Shown piece by piece: positions 63,678 through 64,000 of a DNA stretch of 64,000 bases (its first letter is position 1; each line of letters opens with the position of its first letter). The translations under genes were made by a program, and so were the position numbers. Below the pieces are notes generated by a model that was not told the origin of the DNA, did no database searches, and was given only the letters and a program-made list of their open reading frames with translations. This DNA is from Treponematales bacterium (lineage in GTDB: Bacteria > Spirochaetota > Spirochaetia > Treponematales > JBGSOB01). The stretch is taken from assembly GCA_041739325.1 (NCBI GenBank), contig JBGSOB010000100.1:3737-67736 (forward strand). Direction: 5' to 3'.

Positions 63678-64000
63678 CCCTTTACCGCGCCAGCGGCAAT
63701 GCCCTTAATGATGTACTTCTGCAAAAAGAGGTAGAAGATGATGATCGGCGACGCCGAGAGAACGAGCGATGCCGTCATTGGGCCGTATTCCTTGAGAAAT
63801 TGCCCGTTAAAGCGCATTTGCTCCAGCTGCAAGGTACCGCTTTTAACGATGATGAGGGGCAAGAGAAAGTCGTTCCACACCCAGAGGGCGTCTAGAACGG
63901 CGATAGTGGCGGTTATGGGCTTGAGCATGGGGAAGACAATCTTAAAATAGCTAAATATCTGTCCGGCCCCATCGATGGCGGCTGACTCCTCAAGCTCCTT
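63674..64000 (-). CDS. Carbohydrate ABC transporter permease (MalG/family-1 type), C-terminal part; gene continues past window end
   Basis: The frame is open to the window edge. It reads ...EESAAIDGAGQIFSYFKIVFPMLKPITATIAVLDALWVWNDFLLPLII..., the EAA-loop region of sugar permeases. Confidence 0.85.
   Translation of the reverse strand, partial: KELEESAAIDGAGQIFSYFKIVFPMLKPITATIAVLDALWVWNDFLLPLIIVKSGTLQLEQMRFNGQFLKEYGPMTASLVLSASPIIIFYLFLQKYIIKGIAAGAVKG

Noticed and set aside
63563-63895. 110-aa plus-strand ORF with repetitive translation (LNGASAPLA.../LNGASGPLA...).
   Set aside because: It is generated by the 51-bp tandem repeat and then runs antisense to the permease gene. There is no SD and no plausible fold.

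Overview
This is a moderately GC-rich chromosomal window with about 55 protein genes. I found no rRNA, tRNA, CRISPR array or recognisable mobile element. The centrepiece is a compact anaerobe-type Mo-nitrogenase region on the minus strand (37.5-51.6 kb). It consists of nifH-nifI1-nifI2-nifD-nifK-nifE-nifN-nifB-[2Fe-2S] ferredoxin, then a 269-bp AT-rich spacer, then modA-modB-modC-nifV-nifA. Each of the two units is preceded by a consensus-quality sigma54 (-24/-12) promoter. Flanking genes fall into four groups. Housekeeping genes: leuS, hexokinase, ZIP transporter, mdh, malic enzyme, ribA, a DnaJ-domain protein, DUF721/DciA-like. Signalling genes: two MCPs (one fused to PilZ), two GGDEF/EAL proteins, a LuxR-type response regulator, a CHASE2-like membrane protein. 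Carbohydrate genes: LacI plus GH13 amylase with twin operators, a sugar-binding protein, and a permease fragment at the window end. Secreted or lipoproteins: two tandem CotH paralogs, three CAP/SCP-domain proteins with different N-terminal modules, a beta-helix protein, NlpC/P60, a DUF4384 protein, and a PplA-like double FMN-binding lipoprotein. The most unusual non-genic signal is an 11-12-mer, (G)GGGACAGAGCT. It occurs 8 times exactly and once nearly so, mostly in promoter-proximal intergenic DNA, with three copies upstream of leuS. Other oddities are in-frame 51-bp tandem copies of a permease gene 3' end, a G7CG7 tract upstream of the CotH pair, several apparently leaderless genes, and sigma54 nif promoters without canonical NifA TGT-N10-ACA sites. 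Gene content (NifI-type nif, eukaryote-like hexokinase, many MCPs) resembles free-living anaerobic Spirochaetota, but that is a low-confidence inference. I did not recognise a clearly novel multi-gene system. All candidates are listed with explicit uncertainty, and all family assignments come from motif reading by eye, not from searches.
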